Source of the DNA: Candidatus Micrarchaeota archaeon CG1_02_47_40
Lineage (GTDB): Archaea > Micrarchaeota > Micrarchaeia > Anstonellales > CG1-02-47-40
Direction of reading: 5' to 3'
Assembly (NCBI GenBank): GCA_001871475.1
Contig: MNVE01000016.1
Span: forward strand, 197,343 to 261,342
Length of the DNA: 64,000 bases
Part shown: positions 18,294 to 25,926 of the stretch, one piece after another
Numbering within the stretch: position 1 is the first letter of the stretch
How the letters are laid out: every line of letters begins with the position of its first letter
Translations under genes and position numbers: made by a program
Notes under the pieces: generated by a model
Seen by the model: only the letters and a program-made list of their open reading frames with translations
Databases searched by the model: none
What the model was told of the DNA's origin: nothing

Positions 18294-19511
18294 ATGCCAT
18301 CTTTTTCTGAAATACTGCAAAGGCGCACCATCTTCAGGGACAAGGACGTCCTCTCTCCGCATTACGTGCCGGATGTGCTTCCTTTCCGCGAGGGAGAGGT
18401 GGAGAAGATAATGCTGGTGCTCTCGGGTGCGCTTAAGGGGATGCGGGCGGGAAATCTTTTTATATATGGGAAAACAGGCACTGGAAAAACCTGCTCGGTA
18501 AGACACGTCATGAAAAAATTCATGCAGATGGAAAGCCCGGCAAAAACTGTTTACTTAAACTGCCGCATATACAACTCAAAGTACAAGGTAATGCACAAGA
18601 TTGCAAAGGAATTCATTCCCGAGCTTGAGAAGAGCGGCTTTGGAATTTCATTGATATATGAGAAGCTGATCGAATGGCTGGCAGGCGGAAAAATACAGCT
18701 TATTGTGGTGCTTGATGAAATAGATATGGTAAAGGATTTGAATGAGCTGGTGTATACGCTTGTGCGCACCAATGATGAGCTTTTAGGGGGGGGAATTTCA
18801 GTTGTAGGCATCTCAAACCGGCTTTCATTTAAGGAGATGCTTGACCCAAGGAGCAAGAGCTCGCTTTGCGAAACCGAACTTACGTTTGCGCCTTATGACG
18901 CAGAGAAGATGAAGGCGATATTGAAGCAGAGGCTGGAGCAGGGGTTTGTGCAAGGCGCGGTTGATGAGTCCGCATTGAATCTGGCTGCAGCGATTGCTGC
19001 AACCGAATCAGGGGATGCAAGATACGCACTGCGCCTGCTTCTTAGGGCAGGGGAGATAGTGGATGCTGGAGGGGGGCAGAGGATAGATGACTCGCATGTT
19101 GAGGAGGCACGGCGCTCTGTTGAGGGAGATATGATAAAGGAAGTGATACAAACACTGCCCGAAAATCAGAGAATCGTGTTATATGCGGTGGCGAACCTCT
19201 CGCAGAAGGGAGGGAGGTACTCAAAGCTTGGCGGGAATGAAGATGGGGAAAATTTCCTCCTCTCCGGAGAGGTGTATGAAGAGTATAGCCGCGTGTGCAA
19301 TTCGCTTTGCGTAAAAAAGCGCTCTGCGCGCTGGTACCGTGAGTATCTGAATGAGCTTGAGATGCTTGGGCTGATTACCACCATTGAGAGCGGGAGGGGC
19401 ATGAGGGGGCACACGAGGCTAATAAAGCCCGGCTACCCTGCAGAAGAGCTAAAAAAGATTGTCTGGGAAACGATGGGTTTGGAAGAGGAAGGGAAAAAGA
19501 AGGAGAAGTAG
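18294..19511 (+). CDS. cdc6: Orc1/Cdc6 replication initiator
   Basis: Contains LPFREGEVEKI, Walker A IYGKTGTGKT, an AAA+ core, and a C-terminal winged helix. 405 aa. Confidence 0.9.
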   Translation: MPSFSEILQRRTIFRDKDVLSPHYVPDVLPFREGEVEKIMLVLSGALKGMRAGNLFIYGKTGTGKTCSVRHVMKKFMQMESPAKTVYLNCRIYNSKYKVMHKIAKEFIPELEKSGFGISLIYEKLIEWLAGGKIQLIVVLDEIDMVKDLNELVYTLVRTNDELLGGGISVVGISNRLSFKEMLDPRSKSSLCETELTFAPYDAEKMKAILKQRLEQGFVQGAVDESALNLAAAIAATESGDARYALRLLLRAGEIVDAGGGQRIDDSHVEEARRSVEGDMIKEVIQTLPENQRIVLYAVANLSQKGGRYSKLGGNEDGENFLLSGEVYEEYSRVCNSLCVKKRSARWYREYLNELEMLGLITTIESGRGMRGHTRLIKPGYPAEELKKIVWETMGLEEEGKKKEK

Positions 19512-19640
19512 GGTGGATTTGGAAGGGGAAATAGTAATGAGATTGAAAGAGGAAGGCAGAGAAGAAGGGAAGGAAAGAAGGGATGGGTTTGAATGAGGAA
19601 AGGGAAATTGAAGGGAAGGCGAAAAAGGGGAGATGAAAAA

Positions 19641-20036
19641 ATGAAAATGACTGCCATCATAATTATTGGAGTGGTTTTTCTTTCTTTTATTGCAGGATGC
19701 ATAACACAGCCGGAAAACTGCGCGGTTATTGCAAACAGCCAGGAGAGGATAAGGTGCTACGCTTCAAATGCAATGATAACCGCTTTTGGAGGGGAGGCAG
19801 ACAGCCATACTGCGGCGGCGGTTGAGTGCGAAAATATATACTCTCTGCGCGGCTATACGGAGTATGAGTTTGGGGAGGCGGAAGCGATGCAGGGGGCAGC
19901 CATGTGCATAAGCGAGGTTGCGATTGCGGTGAAAGATAACAGTGTCTGTGATTATTTGAAAGTAGAGTATTTTGCCAATTCGGACAGTGTTTATGATATA
20001 GAAATGCAAAGATGTTTGGAGTATTCTTCTAATTGA
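19641..20036 (+). CDS. hypothetical secreted/lipoprotein-like Cys-rich protein
   Basis: The signal peptide MKMTAIIIIGVVFLSFIAGC is followed by 8 Cys residues. A purine-rich tract precedes the gene. Confidence 0.35.
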   Translation: MKMTAIIIIGVVFLSFIAGCITQPENCAVIANSQERIRCYASNAMITAFGGEADSHTAAAVECENIYSLRGYTEYEFGEAEAMQGAAMCISEVAIAVKDNSVCDYLKVEYFANSDSVYDIEMQRCLEYSSN

Positions 20037-20038
20037 AT

Positions 20039-20341
20039 TTATGGCTTTTCCTGGTAAGCGTCTATGAGCTCAAGCGCCTTTTTTACGCTCATGCCCTCTC
20101 TTATCCCCAAATCTTCAGCCCACTGTGTGGCGCACTTCACTTTCGCCTTGTACATGTCATCGTAGCTTTTCACGCCGGATACGAAGCAGGCAATGTCCCC
20201 AAGCTTCTCGGCAGTCGCCTTGTCAATGTAGCTGCAGGCTACATAGCCGCTTTTCACTTTCAAAATAAGGAGAGGCACGTTGCCTAATTCAAAGCGGATT
20301 CCCGTGTACTTTTTTCCGTCCAAATCTACGGTCTCCTCCAT
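20039..20341 (-). CDS. hypothetical small protein (possibly DUF1805-like)
   Basis: 100 aa. The resemblance of LLILKVKSGYVACSYIDKATAEKLGDIACFVSGVKSYDDM to YunC/DUF1805 proteins is from memory only. Confidence 0.35.
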   Translation of the reverse strand: MEETVDLDGKKYTGIRFELGNVPLLILKVKSGYVACSYIDKATAEKLGDIACFVSGVKSYDDMYKAKVKCATQWAEDLGIREGMSVKKALELIDAYQEKP

Positions 20342-20415
20342 CTGGCCACCCCTCGCATTTCTTGCTTATCTTTCTTTTGGCAAAAAATGCCGAAAATATC
20401 AAAACTGCGAACTGA

Positions 20416-20679
20416 TTAAAACTGGTAAATGTTTCCTTCCCTTTTCTCATGCTGCCTTTGCGCTATCCTTTTTTTCTTCTCGTAAATCCTTAAGGATTTC
20501 GCGCATGAGGGGCAGTATTGGTTTTGGACGCGCGAGAACATCGTCACGTCGTCGTTGGTTTTCATGTCCGTTGAGAAAACCATTGTGCGGTCAAACTTAA
20601 CTGCCTTGTCGCGAGGCACCCTTCTGCCGCATGCGGTGCAGTTTAGGAGCCGCTCGCGCCCCCTTTTCTTCTTTCCCAT
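20416..20679 (-). CDS. rps26e: 30S ribosomal protein eS26
   Basis: The basic N-terminus, the CTACGRRVPRDKAVKF zinc knuckle, and the later YCPSCA motif match eS26. Confidence 0.7.
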   Translation of the reverse strand: MGKKKRGRERLLNCTACGRRVPRDKAVKFDRTMVFSTDMKTNDDVTMFSRVQNQYCPSCAKSLRIYEKKKRIAQRQHEKREGNIYQF

Positions 20680-20870
20680 TATTTCACCCTTATTGCGTAC
20701 TTGCCCGGGGCGCCTGCCCCGAATTTTTTTGCGATTTCGGATTTTTCAATGTCAAAGAATATTATCTGCCCTGAATGCTTGTCCGTCAAATCCTCGGAGT
20801 TGCACATCGGGCAGGTGTTCCCGGTAAGGAAAAGCAGTCTGCAGCTCTTGCATGCCTTGAATTTTTCCAT
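20679..20870 (-). CDS. spt4: transcription elongation factor Spt4 (RNA polymerase subunit E'')
   Basis: 63 aa with Zn-ribbon CKSC...CPMC, then GQIIFFDIEKSEIAK. Located directly downstream of rpoE'. Confidence 0.7.
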   Translation of the reverse strand: MEKFKACKSCRLLFLTGNTCPMCNSEDLTDKHSGQIIFFDIEKSEIAKKFGAGAPGKYAIRVK

Positions 20871-21098
20871 CTTTCATTCAACCCTTTTGCCCGCCTATTC
20901 CTGGCAGGAATTTTCCAATACCTTCATTACGGAAAGATTCTCCAAAAGCCTGCGCCTTGCAAGCCCGGAGAGGTCGGTGTCATATTTTTCAAAACCCCGC
21001 TCAATAATCTTTCCTATTCCCTTTTTGTAAGCTCCATTTTGGGGTTGGCTGCAACCCACTTTTGCTTGTGAAGCTGCTGCGGATTGACGCCCATCAAC

Positions 21099-21743
21099 TC
21101 ACTCCTCTTTCCTCTTTTTTGCCTTCTTCTCCTTCTTTTCTTCTTTTCCCTTCTCCTCCTTTGCCTCTTCCTTGGGGGCGCTCTTGCTCTTCTTCTCTGT
21201 TGCAGCAACCCATTCCTCTTTTCCAAGCCCTTCAGGTCTCATTGTAAGCCCTATTTTCGTGTCGGATATTGTGCCCTTCATGCTGACAGTTGAGATTTTT
21301 GCAAGCACCAAATCCTCCTTTTTGAGTATCTTCTTTGATTCCTTCCCCACAAAGGCAGGGGTTTTCTTGTTGTAATTCAAAAAGTCGTTTGCAATCTGCG
21401 AAAGATGCACCAGCCCCTCAATCGGCCCCAAGCCGAGGAAAGCGCCGAATTCAACCAATTCCGCAACCTGCGCCTCGCACACCTCGTTTATTTGAGGGAG
21501 GTAGGTAAGCGCATTGAAGCGCACATCGTAGTATGCCGCCCCGTCGCCGTGTATTATATTCCCGTCGCTTATTGCCTGCGCATTTCTTATGCAGAGCACT
21601 ATCCCCAAATCCCGGTCGCAGATGCGCTCGTACTTTTCCCGCAGTATCTGCGTTATCGCGTCGGGGAGCTTCATGGAGAAGAGTTTCGGCGGAACCCGCA
21701 CCCTGTCTTCAATCGCTATTTCTAAATACATATAAGCCACCAA
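21099..21743 (-). CDS. rpoE: DNA-directed RNA polymerase subunit E' (Rpo7) with unusual K/E-rich C-terminal tail
   Basis: The Rpb7-like N-domain and an S1 domain (GIVLCIRNAQAISDGNIIHGDG...EVCEAQVAELVEFGAFLGL) are present. About 40 residues of low-complexity AKEEKGKEEKKEKKAKKRKEE follow. Confidence 0.8.
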   Translation of the reverse strand: MVAYMYLEIAIEDRVRVPPKLFSMKLPDAITQILREKYERICDRDLGIVLCIRNAQAISDGNIIHGDGAAYYDVRFNALTYLPQINEVCEAQVAELVEFGAFLGLGPIEGLVHLSQIANDFLNYNKKTPAFVGKESKKILKKEDLVLAKISTVSMKGTISDTKIGLTMRPEGLGKEEWVAATEKKSKSAPKEEAKEEKGKEEKKEKKAKKRKEE

Positions 21744-22040
21744 AAAATGAAGTAGAGGGAATATTCTCGGTTCGTTTATAAATACCTTTCGCTTGCAGAG
21801 GGTTGGAAAAACACCAACTGCAACTGATTAATGAAGAAGCGCGCGTTTTCCCGCTCCGCCAGGACCGCCGGGTAATGGAAATGCCTTTCTTGCGTCCGCC
21901 CTGCATTGATTGCGATTTTTTTCATTTCCAGCAATTCCTGCCTTGCAAGAACCGCCGTCATAAGACCGCACAAATCAAGAATTATGCCTCTTGTGATTTA
22001 TAATGGTTTGGCATGGTAGTTATATGCTTCACTGCGTTTC

Positions 22041-24140
22041 TCATATCAGATGCAGCGCAAACTGCACGAACAATGCCGCGAAGAGCAGGGAGATTGTGTT
22101 GAGTATTTTTATGAGTGGGTTGAGCGCAGGCCCTGAAGTGTCTTTCAGCGGGTCCCCGACAGTATCCCCGACTACTGCCGCTTTGTGCGCCGTGCTGCCC
22201 TTCCCCCCAAAATTGCCCTGCTCTATGTATTTCTTCGCATTGTCCCAGGCGCCTCCTGATGTGGACATGAATACTGCCAGAAGCTGTCCGCAGACAAGCG
22301 CCCCTACAAGAAAGCCCCCTACTGCGGCAGGTCCGAGGGCAAACCCCATCACAAGAGGGGTGCCTACTGCAAGCAAGCCAGGCACCATCAGCTCGCGTAT
22401 TGCGGTGTTTGCGGAAATGTCAACGCATTTTGCGTAATCAGGCTTTGCCTTTCCTTCCATTATGCCCTTTATCGTTTTGAACTGCCGTCTAACCTCAAGT
22501 ATTATTTCATTAGCCGCCTTTGAAACCGCATTCATTGAAAGCGCGGAGAAGATGAAGGGAAGCGCGCCTCCTATGAGAAGCCCGAGAAGAACAGAAGGCT
22601 CCAGAAGATTTATTATCGGAATGCCGCTTGGGGAAAGTGCAAGCCCCTCTACGCCTAATTTCTCCGCAGAAATATTCACTTCCTGTGCAAATGCAAGAAG
22701 AAGCGCTAAAGCAGCCAAGCCCGCGGAAGCGATTGCGAATCCCTTTGTAGTGGCTTTCGTAGTATTCCCTACTGCGTCCAATTTATCTGTAATTTCGCGG
22801 TATTTTTCAGGCAGACCGCTCATTTCTACTATTCCTCCCGCATTGTCAGAAACCGGACCGAATGTATCTACTGCGACTATTATGCCCGTTAAGGAGAGCA
22901 TTCCCATCGTAGCTATGGCAACTCCGAATATTCCTCCGAATTTGAAGGAGAGGAGGATACCTACTGCAATTACGAGTATGTAAGGGGCAGTAGCTTGCAG
23001 ACCGACTGCAATGCCGCTTATTATGTTCGTGCCCGCGCCTGTTTGCGCCGCCTTTGCAATTGAGCGAACAGGCGGTTTGGTTGTAGAGGTATAGTAATCG
23101 GTAATGTATACTATGAGAAGAGAAACCGCCAGTCCGACTAAAAGGGAGAGGAAAACGCCAAAGGGAGAGGGCGCATTCTGCACGGGCGGAATAAGTGCCT
23201 CTGAAATAAAATAGAATGCTATTGCACAGATTATGGCGGTTGCAAGTATTCCGCGTGAAAGGGCTTCCATCGGGTCGCCTTTTTCTTTTACCTTCACGAA
23301 GAAGGTGCCGATTGCGGTTGCGATTATGCCTGTTCCTGCAATTATGAGGGGGAAAACTATTCCTGCTGCGCCGAAAACGAAATTCCCCAAAATCATTGCC
23401 GCTATTATTGTTACTATGTAAGATTCAAACAAATCCGCGCCCATGCCTGCGCAGTCGCCAACATTGTCCCCTACATTATCTGCTATGACTGCGGGGTTGC
23501 GCGGGTCGTCTTCAGGTATGCCTGCTTCTACTTTTCCAACCAAATCCGCGCCAACGTCTGCTCCTTTTGTGTATATTCCTCCTCCTACTCTTGCGAACAT
23601 TGCTATAAGGGATGCACCGAAAGCCATTCCTGCAATCATCTGCATCAGAAGGGAGGGGTTTGGGGTGATTAGGGAGGAGAAAAGCAAAAGCAAGCCTGAA
23701 ACGCCAGCCAATCCTAAGCCGACTACTGCCAAGCCCATTACCGTTCCCGCGCGAAATGCAACGGAAAGGGCGGCATTCAATCCATCTTTGGCAGCTGCGG
23801 CTGTGCGGACGTTTGCTTTTGTTGTAATGTCCATCCCTATGTAACCTGCTAATGCTGAAGAGAATGCACCCACGAAGAATGCGCCTGCTATCGCATACCA
23901 AACCGTATCAAAGAGGAAGCCGATTGCTGAAAAGAGAATGACTATGGCAACTGTAAATACTGCAACGTAAATGCTCTGCCTCTTTAGGTATGCGAATGCG
24001 CCTATGCGTATCGCTTCGGCAATTTCGCGCATTTTTTCATTTCCCTCGTCCAGCTTCATTATGCGCAAGTAAAGGAAAACGCTTGCGGCTATTGAAAAAA
24101 GCCCAAGAATGAATGAAAGCATTACCAAGTCTGTTTGCAT
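22041..24140 (-). CDS. hppA: membrane-bound H+-translocating pyrophosphatase
   Basis: 699 aa, polytopic. Contains the signature GIPEDDPRNPAVIADNVGDNVGDCAGMGADLFESY. Confidence 0.9.
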   Translation of the reverse strand: MQTDLVMLSFILGLFSIAASVFLYLRIMKLDEGNEKMREIAEAIRIGAFAYLKRQSIYVAVFTVAIVILFSAIGFLFDTVWYAIAGAFFVGAFSSALAGYIGMDITTKANVRTAAAAKDGLNAALSVAFRAGTVMGLAVVGLGLAGVSGLLLLFSSLITPNPSLLMQMIAGMAFGASLIAMFARVGGGIYTKGADVGADLVGKVEAGIPEDDPRNPAVIADNVGDNVGDCAGMGADLFESYIVTIIAAMILGNFVFGAAGIVFPLIIAGTGIIATAIGTFFVKVKEKGDPMEALSRGILATAIICAIAFYFISEALIPPVQNAPSPFGVFLSLLVGLAVSLLIVYITDYYTSTTKPPVRSIAKAAQTGAGTNIISGIAVGLQATAPYILVIAVGILLSFKFGGIFGVAIATMGMLSLTGIIVAVDTFGPVSDNAGGIVEMSGLPEKYREITDKLDAVGNTTKATTKGFAIASAGLAALALLLAFAQEVNISAEKLGVEGLALSPSGIPIINLLEPSVLLGLLIGGALPFIFSALSMNAVSKAANEIILEVRRQFKTIKGIMEGKAKPDYAKCVDISANTAIRELMVPGLLAVGTPLVMGFALGPAAVGGFLVGALVCGQLLAVFMSTSGGAWDNAKKYIEQGNFGGKGSTAHKAAVVGDTVGDPLKDTSGPALNPLIKILNTISLLFAALFVQFALHLI

Positions 24141-24238
24141 GCAAATCAGCCTCCCTAAGAGATTTTGTAATTTAAAGGCGAAGATTTAAAAAAGAAAAGG
24201 GAAGCCGAGAGTTAGCTGCTGGAGATAACTCCTTATGC

Positions 24239-24589
24239 TTAATTTGCGCCCTCCCCTTCATATCCGTCAATGTTCAGCCCCTCCGCCTGCTCAAAAAGAG
24301 AAGTGTAAAGCCCAAGCCTCTCTTCAAGGGAGAGCATCTGTTTTTTTCTCTCGGAGGGAACGGGCTTTGCAATTTCCGCCTTTTTATTTGCTTGTGCAAG
24401 CTGGATTGCGGAAACCGGCTCCATGGAGTTTATTGTGAGTGTTTGTATTGCCGCTTCGTCCTCCGACTGCGGTACTGAAGCCTTCACTATCGGAGGGGAA
24501 AGGAACGCGGAAATGGATTGGAATAGGAAAAAGAGAATCGCTAAAGAAAGCGCAAAAAAGATGAGTGTTGATATTCTCATGCAAGCCAC
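24239..24589 (-). CDS. hypothetical membrane-anchored protein
   Basis: 116 aa with an N-terminal TM/signal segment. Co-oriented with the next gene. Confidence 0.3.
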   Translation of the reverse strand: MACMRISTLIFFALSLAILFFLFQSISAFLSPPIVKASVPQSEDEAAIQTLTINSMEPVSAIQLAQANKKAEIAKPVPSERKKQMLSLEERLGLYTSLFEQAEGLNIDGYEGEGAN

Positions 24590-25416
24590 CTGAAGGACAT
24601 TTTTAGATTGTACAAAAGGCTCTGGAGCTTTTGCGCTGTTGGGTAGAGCTTGATGCTCTCAAAAACCGCCTCTGCGCGTGTAGAATACTCGCCTGCTTTT
24701 TCCTCTTTTTCCGCTTCTGACAGCAGTTTCCCGGCATTTTTTTGCGCGCAGAGAAGGTATGCTTCTTTCACCGCCAGCTTTGCCTTTGAAAGGTCGTTTT
24801 TGAGCATGTCTGCCGCAAAGGAGATTTCATGCGCTTGGCTTGCAAATGCGATGTCTGCCTCTTCCCTGTCTATTGAGGAATAAAGGGAATCTAGTTCAGT
24901 TTGTAATTTTCCATTTTCAATTTCTTCCGCACTTAATGCCTCTTTTGCAGCTTCTATGTTCAGCTTTGCAAGCCTGCAAGCCTGCCGTAAATAATATTGA
25001 GTTGTCTGGCGCAGATAGAGCCTTTCATCCTGCTCATCATAAACATAAGTTGTGTGCGAGAAATCCGTTCCGTAATCGTAATTATTTGAGCCTGCGTATG
25101 AGGAGATGGTGCTTATTGGAATGAAGCCGTCTTCATTGGCAGTTGGCGTGTTGTAGGACACCTCTTCGCAGTCGTTTTCGCTCCAGAAAACGTAGAATTG
25201 GCTTGGTGCATTTTCTTTTGAAGTTTTTTCCTCTTGTGTAATCCGCTTGTAGTGCTCAAGCCTCTGCGAGTAGGAAAGCCCGGCATTGTGAAAAGTCTGT
25301 GCTGCTTCAAGCACGAGTGCGCTTTTTTCCTTCACATTCACAAACCCCTTATCTTGGGCATAAGCTGGCAGTATTGCAAGCAGGAGGAATGCAGCCAAAA
25401 CAAATAAGATACGCAT
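24577..25416 (-). CDS. hypothetical secreted protein
   Basis: Signal peptide MRILFVLAAFLLLAILPAYAQ at an internal Met. No domain recognised. Confidence 0.4.
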   Translation of the reverse strand: MRILFVLAAFLLLAILPAYAQDKGFVNVKEKSALVLEAAQTFHNAGLSYSQRLEHYKRITQEEKTSKENAPSQFYVFWSENDCEEVSYNTPTANEDGFIPISTISSYAGSNNYDYGTDFSHTTYVYDEQDERLYLRQTTQYYLRQACRLAKLNIEAAKEALSAEEIENGKLQTELDSLYSSIDREEADIAFASQAHEISFAADMLKNDLSKAKLAVKEAYLLCAQKNAGKLLSEAEKEEKAGEYSTRAEAVFESIKLYPTAQKLQSLLYNLKMSFRWLA

Positions 25417-25463
25417 ATTTACACTGTTTATAATTATGAGAATGGTGGTTTTTAATCCTTTGG

Positions 25464-25874
25464 ATGGGCAATAGGAAGGATATGAGAAAGGTAATATTGG
25501 ATACGAACTTCCTTCTGATACCATTCAAATTCAAAATTGACGTGTTTGGGGAAATTGAAAGGCTAGTGGAGGAGCCCCATGAAATACTCGTGCCAAGCGG
25601 AGTGATTGGGGAGCTTTTGCACCTGCAGAGAAACAGGGGGGAGCTTGGAAGGAGCGCCAACTTTGCATTCGTGCTTCTTGAGAAAATGAGGACTGAAGGA
25701 AAAGTAAAGGAGATTGAAAGCAGGGGGGATGTAGACGGGTGGATTGGAAAGTTTGCCTCTGAGAATGAAGGAGTGATTGTGTGCACGAATGATATTTACC
25801 TTAAAAAAACGCTGCAGAAGATGAAATTGAAAACGATTGTGCTTCGGGAGAGGGGGTATCTGGCGCTGGTGTAG
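25464..25874 (+). CDS. PIN-domain nuclease (Fcf1/Utp24-like archaeal PIN)
   Basis: KVILDTNFLLIPFKFKIDVFGEIERL is followed by a Cys-containing C-terminus typical of small archaeal Fcf1-like PIN proteins. Confidence 0.5.
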   Translation: MGNRKDMRKVILDTNFLLIPFKFKIDVFGEIERLVEEPHEILVPSGVIGELLHLQRNRGELGRSANFAFVLLEKMRTEGKVKEIESRGDVDGWIGKFASENEGVIVCTNDIYLKKTLQKMKLKTIVLRERGYLALV

Positions 25875-25926
25875 AGACAGGGAAAACTATTTAAACAGAA
25901 AATAACTATTTATATGGGATTAAACT

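Noticed and set aside
19512-19640. Purine-rich GGAAGG-repeat tract considered as a CRISPR leader or microsatellite
   Set aside because: No repeat-spacer periodicity; it is just compositionally biased intergenic DNA downstream of cdc6.
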